Shown piece after piece: positions 53,293 to 56,257 of a DNA stretch of 56,257 bases. Origin of the DNA: a virus (taxonomy: Duplodnaviria > Caudoviricetes); the IMG/VR virus record IMGVR_UViG_3300037478_000584, positions 1 through 56,257 of that record. One strand, written 5' to 3'. The notes under the pieces were generated by a model that did no database searches, was not told the DNA's origin, and was given only the letters and a program-made list of their open reading frames with translations. How positions within the stretch are numbered: the stretch's first letter is position 1; each line of letters starts with the position of its first letter. The translations under genes were made by a program, and so were the position numbers.

Positions 53293-53329
53293 GCCGCAAT
53301 CCTCTCACGCTACACCGCGCCCCATAAGC
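53290..53329 (-). promoter_or_regulatory. GCTTATG-class leaderless promoter (TTATGG-17-GAGGAT-6-ATG)
   Basis: Seen in sequence, overlapping the end of the RuvC-like gene. Confidence 0.6.
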
Positions 53330-53853
53330 ATGGCCATGCGCACCACGTCGCTTTCGCGGCACGCCAGCACGGCCGCAACGGCATCGGCCGCATGCTCCAC
53401 GTCGCCCTTGTTCTTCGGCCACGTCACGTCGGGGAACCATTCCTCGACTGCGATGCGGACCTCCTCTTTGCTGGCGTTCGCCTTGCCGACCAGCGTCTTT
53501 TTGATCTGTTGCGGACTGGCCTGCACGATCGGCACGGCCCACACCTCAGCGAGCGTCGACACCGCGCCCCAGCCCATGCCAATCTTGGCCGCGACGCTAC
53601 TCGACCGAGGGAAGCTCATCGCCTCGGCGCAGATGACCACAGGAGGCGGTGCGCCAACGAACCCCAGCACGAACCGCACCAGCTCGCGGCAACGCCTAAC
53701 GTTGTCGTCTGAGGCGTATGGTGCCTGTTTGCCGCTGAGCTTCTCGGTTCGGAACGTGGCGACGCGGTCCAGTTCGAGGATGCCCCCCACGATCGACACC
53801 CGAGCGGCGCCGAACGTGGCGAGACCCCCGTCTATGCCGAGGAGGTAGGTCAC
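53305..53853 (-). CDS. ruvC: RuvC-like Holliday junction resolvase
   Basis: LLGIDGG...ICAE...SPQQIKKTLVGKANASKEEV...HAADAVA. Confidence 0.85.
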   Translation of the reverse strand: MTYLLGIDGGLATFGAARVSIVGGILELDRVATFRTEKLSGKQAPYASDDNVRRCRELVRFVLGFVGAPPPVVICAEAMSFPRSSSVAAKIGMGWGAVSTLAEVWAVPIVQASPQQIKKTLVGKANASKEEVRIAVEEWFPDVTWPKNKGDVEHAADAVAAVLACRESDVVRMAMLMGRGVA

Positions 53854-54158
53854 GTGCCGCGCCTCCACAGTTGCGCCGCGCCCCACATCGCTACGGCCGC
53901 AGATGTTGCAGCGATCGACACGGTCGCAATCACCATGTCGTTACGCTGCTCTCCAAGTGCGATCAGGATGCCGACCAGAATCATGACGAAAAGGACTGCC
54001 CCGCCGATTGCCGCGGTAAGGCCGATCGCTTCCTGGATCTCGGTCAGCCCCTCGTCGTCATCCTCCGACTCGTTGGGGTCATCCTCGCACAGTGCCTCCA
54101 CGGCACGCAGCCGCTCGTCGAGTTGCTCCAGCGTGAGCGCCTTGGTTCGGTAGCTCAC
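53850..54158 (-). CDS. membrane protein
   Basis: Two TM segments. Confidence 0.55.
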   Translation of the reverse strand: MSYRTKALTLEQLDERLRAVEALCEDDPNESEDDDEGLTEIQEAIGLTAAIGGAVLFVMILVGILIALGEQRNDMVIATVSIAATSAAVAMWGAAQLWRRGT

Positions 54159-54571
54159 GGCGCCACCTCGCGCGCTTCGTCCAGCGCCTTCTCGATTGCG
54201 TCCAGTGCCGAGGCGGGCATGCTCGTCAGCGCAACAACCTTCAGCCGCGCCACGAGTTCGTCACGTCGCTTCTGGTTCTCGCGCGCGGCTTTACGCTCCG
54301 CCGCTTCCGCCTCGGCGCGCGCCAATGCGGCCCGCCCCTTGTCGGACTGCGCCCACTTGTCGTACTTCTCACGCGCCGCGGAGTAGGCGGCACGGTCCGC
54401 GTCGGTGACGGTCATGGCGGAGCACTTCGCTTCGTACCACTCCACCGTCACGCAGTCCTGATCGAGCCGCGCCGTTTCGCACGCGTCGATCAGGTCTTGC
54501 ACCGTCGTGGTGTCTTGCGAGCCGCACCAGTAGACGTTGCGGCGCGTGGCTTTCAGTTCGGGTTTCTTCAC
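54155..54571 (-). CDS. hypothetical protein
   Basis: GTGA overlaps; coiled-coil C-terminus. Confidence 0.55.
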   Translation of the reverse strand: MKKPELKATRRNVYWCGSQDTTTVQDLIDACETARLDQDCVTVEWYEAKCSAMTVTDADRAAYSAAREKYDKWAQSDKGRAALARAEAEAAERKAARENQKRRDELVARLKVVALTSMPASALDAIEKALDEAREVAP

Positions 54572-55020
54572 AGCGCCTTGCCTCCGTGACGCTGCGGTCG
54601 CGTCGCGTTGTAGGTCATCTTCGCCTGCACGGCCTCTTCCAAGTCGATGCCGAGCGCGCCGCACAGGTCGCCGATACGGATGACGACGTCGGCCAACTCG
54701 GCGGGCAAGCCATCAGGCTTCGACTTGGGGCTATACGGCTCGTCCGTCTTGTTAACGAAGATCCTCTCGTCGTCCGAGTCAATAGTCTTGAACACCAGAC
54801 GCAGCTCCCCGTCGCGAACCGCTTCAAGCGCCTCGCTAACCTCACTGTGAACGAGGCACAACTTGGCGGCGATCGTGTCTGGCATGAGATCCTCCGGATC
54901 AACCTCGGTCGCATCGGCAATGCGATTGCCGGCGTCGTCGAACCGCGGGAAGAAGTCGTCCCACCAGCCCTTGGCCTTGGAGTTGTCGTGCGCCTTCCGT
55001 ACCATTTCGTTGATTCGCAT
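54568..55020 (-). CDS. MazG-like nucleotide pyrophosphohydrolase
   Basis: KLCLVHSEVSEALEA, ELADVVIR..DL, KMTYN.TR...HG. Confidence 0.85.
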   Translation of the reverse strand: MRINEMVRKAHDNSKAKGWWDDFFPRFDDAGNRIADATEVDPEDLMPDTIAAKLCLVHSEVSEALEAVRDGELRLVFKTIDSDDERIFVNKTDEPYSPKSKPDGLPAELADVVIRIGDLCGALGIDLEEAVQAKMTYNATRPQRHGGKAL

Positions 55021-55023
55021 GAT

Positions 55024-56154
55024 TCAAGGCCTCGTAGGCATCACGATGTGGATCGTATCGCTTGCGTCGCCCGAGCTGGCGAGCGCCGGCACGATGGTGG
55101 CCGGGTCGAGTTCGCCGGTGAGCGACAGGAGGACCTCGTCGCACCGGACCGCTTTGAGCGCGTCGAGCAGGTACGTCGGATTGAACCCGACCGTAACCTC
55201 CGCTCCGTCGTAGTCGGCCGCCACCTCATCGAACGCATTGCCGCTGCCGGCGCTTTCCGCGTCGACACGGAGCGCTCCGTTCGCGGTGATGCGCACGACG
55301 CCTTGCTTGTCGGACGATGCGAGCCGCACCGCTTCGATGGCGTCGATGAGTGACGAGCGGTTGCACCGAACCTCTTGCTTGGCGCGTTGTGGCAGGATGT
55401 TGCGATAGGGGATGAACGGTTGGTCGTCGGGCGGCAGCTTCGTGGCGAAGTCAACCTCACCGACACGGAGGAACGCGTACGGGCCGTGCTTGGCGAACAG
55501 GACCTTTTCGGGCGCCGCCTTGTCGCTCAGTACCTTGGTCCACGTCTGGAGCGCACGGAGACCGACCACCACGTCCGCCTTCGCCTCCGCCCCAATCTGC
55601 GCATCTGCGACGCTGAGCCGATGGCCATCGGTCGTGACGAGCCGGAGCTTTCCGTCGCTGAACTCGAACAACGCTCCGTTCAGGTGCGCCCGAGACTCGT
55701 CTTGCGACGCTGAGAAGATCGTCTGTGCGATGAGCAGCGAAAGCGTCTCGGTCGGCACGTGCTCCAAGATGTCGGCCGTGCCGGGCATCTCCGGGATGGC
55801 GGGGAAGTCGGTGGCCGGGAGGGCATGCATCGTGAACTTCCGCTTGCTGCCCTTCGCAGTGATCGTGACTGCGAACTTGCTGTCGGCGGAGATGGTGATG
55901 TTGCCGCTCGGCATCGCTTTGATGCGGCTCAGCAACGAGCTGGCGGGTAGCGCAATGGCGCCTTCCGTCTTGGTCTCGCACGGTACGGTTTGCGCGACCG
56001 AGCTGTAAAGGTCAGTTGCGGCGACGCGCAGGCCCGTTGCGTCAGCGCTCAGGAGCACGCACTCAAGCACCGGGAGGGTGCTCTTCCTGTCAGCCACGGC
56101 TGCGGCACGGACCAGAGCGGGCAGGATGGTTGCGCGGGGGATGGTGATCTTCAC
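55024..56154 (-). CDS. dnaN: DNA polymerase III beta sliding clamp
   Basis: TLPVLECVLL, ATDL, DFP, LVTTDGHRLS, GFNPTYLLDAL, IVMP.R. Confidence 0.95.
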   Translation of the reverse strand: MKITIPRATILPALVRAAAVADRKSTLPVLECVLLSADATGLRVAATDLYSSVAQTVPCETKTEGAIALPASSLLSRIKAMPSGNITISADSKFAVTITAKGSKRKFTMHALPATDFPAIPEMPGTADILEHVPTETLSLLIAQTIFSASQDESRAHLNGALFEFSDGKLRLVTTDGHRLSVADAQIGAEAKADVVVGLRALQTWTKVLSDKAAPEKVLFAKHGPYAFLRVGEVDFATKLPPDDQPFIPYRNILPQRAKQEVRCNRSSLIDAIEAVRLASSDKQGVVRITANGALRVDAESAGSGNAFDEVAADYDGAEVTVGFNPTYLLDALKAVRCDEVLLSLTGELDPATIVPALASSGDASDTIHIVMPTRP

Positions 56155-56257
56155 GATACGGTCTCCTCGTCACGGCACGCAGTCTCCAGCGCGTCGGTCA
56201 TGTGGTTCATTGCGGCGCGGATGCAATCGATTGCGGCGCCGAGGTCTACGGCCACGG

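Noticed and set aside
1-56257. Integrase, att sites or Mu transposase; alternatively a tailocin/eCIS or GTA
   Set aside because: No integration genes recognised in this window, so lifestyle cannot be determined. Complete head, packaging, replication and accessory genes indicate a true phage rather than a tail-only element

Overview
This 56 kb window is high-GC and entirely phage-like: a myovirus or prophage with Mu-like morphogenesis genes. The host is probably a myxobacterium, inferred from a Gly/Cys-rich lipoprotein and a GYF_2-like membrane protein. Reading right to left on the minus strand, there is first a replication/regulation block (beta clamp, MazG-like, RuvC-like, sigma-like fragments, tRNA-CAT plus a tRNA-like element). 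Next come the terminases, DUF935 portal, Clp-type protease/scaffold, capsid, head-tail joining proteins, sheath, tube, tape measure and Mu-type baseplate, followed by tail fibre/spike genes and lysis genes. Small accessory cassettes are interleaved with these, many on the opposite strand. Two linked observations stand out. (1) Up to about a dozen small accessory ORFs look like stand-alone fragments or diverged copies of virion proteins. The sheath C-terminus and tail tube copies are the clearest; capsid, portal and baseplate J matches are weaker. This suggests a decoy or assembly-interference arsenal. (2) Most of these ORFs lie downstream of a recurring non-canonical promoter, GCTTATG(G/A)-17 bp-(-10)-6/7 bp-ATG (8 copies, mostly leaderless). 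A possible split sigma factor (sigma2-only ORF plus sigma4-like ORF) is encoded nearby. All protein family calls come from reading motifs by eye; no searches were run. No integrase or att site is visible in the window.
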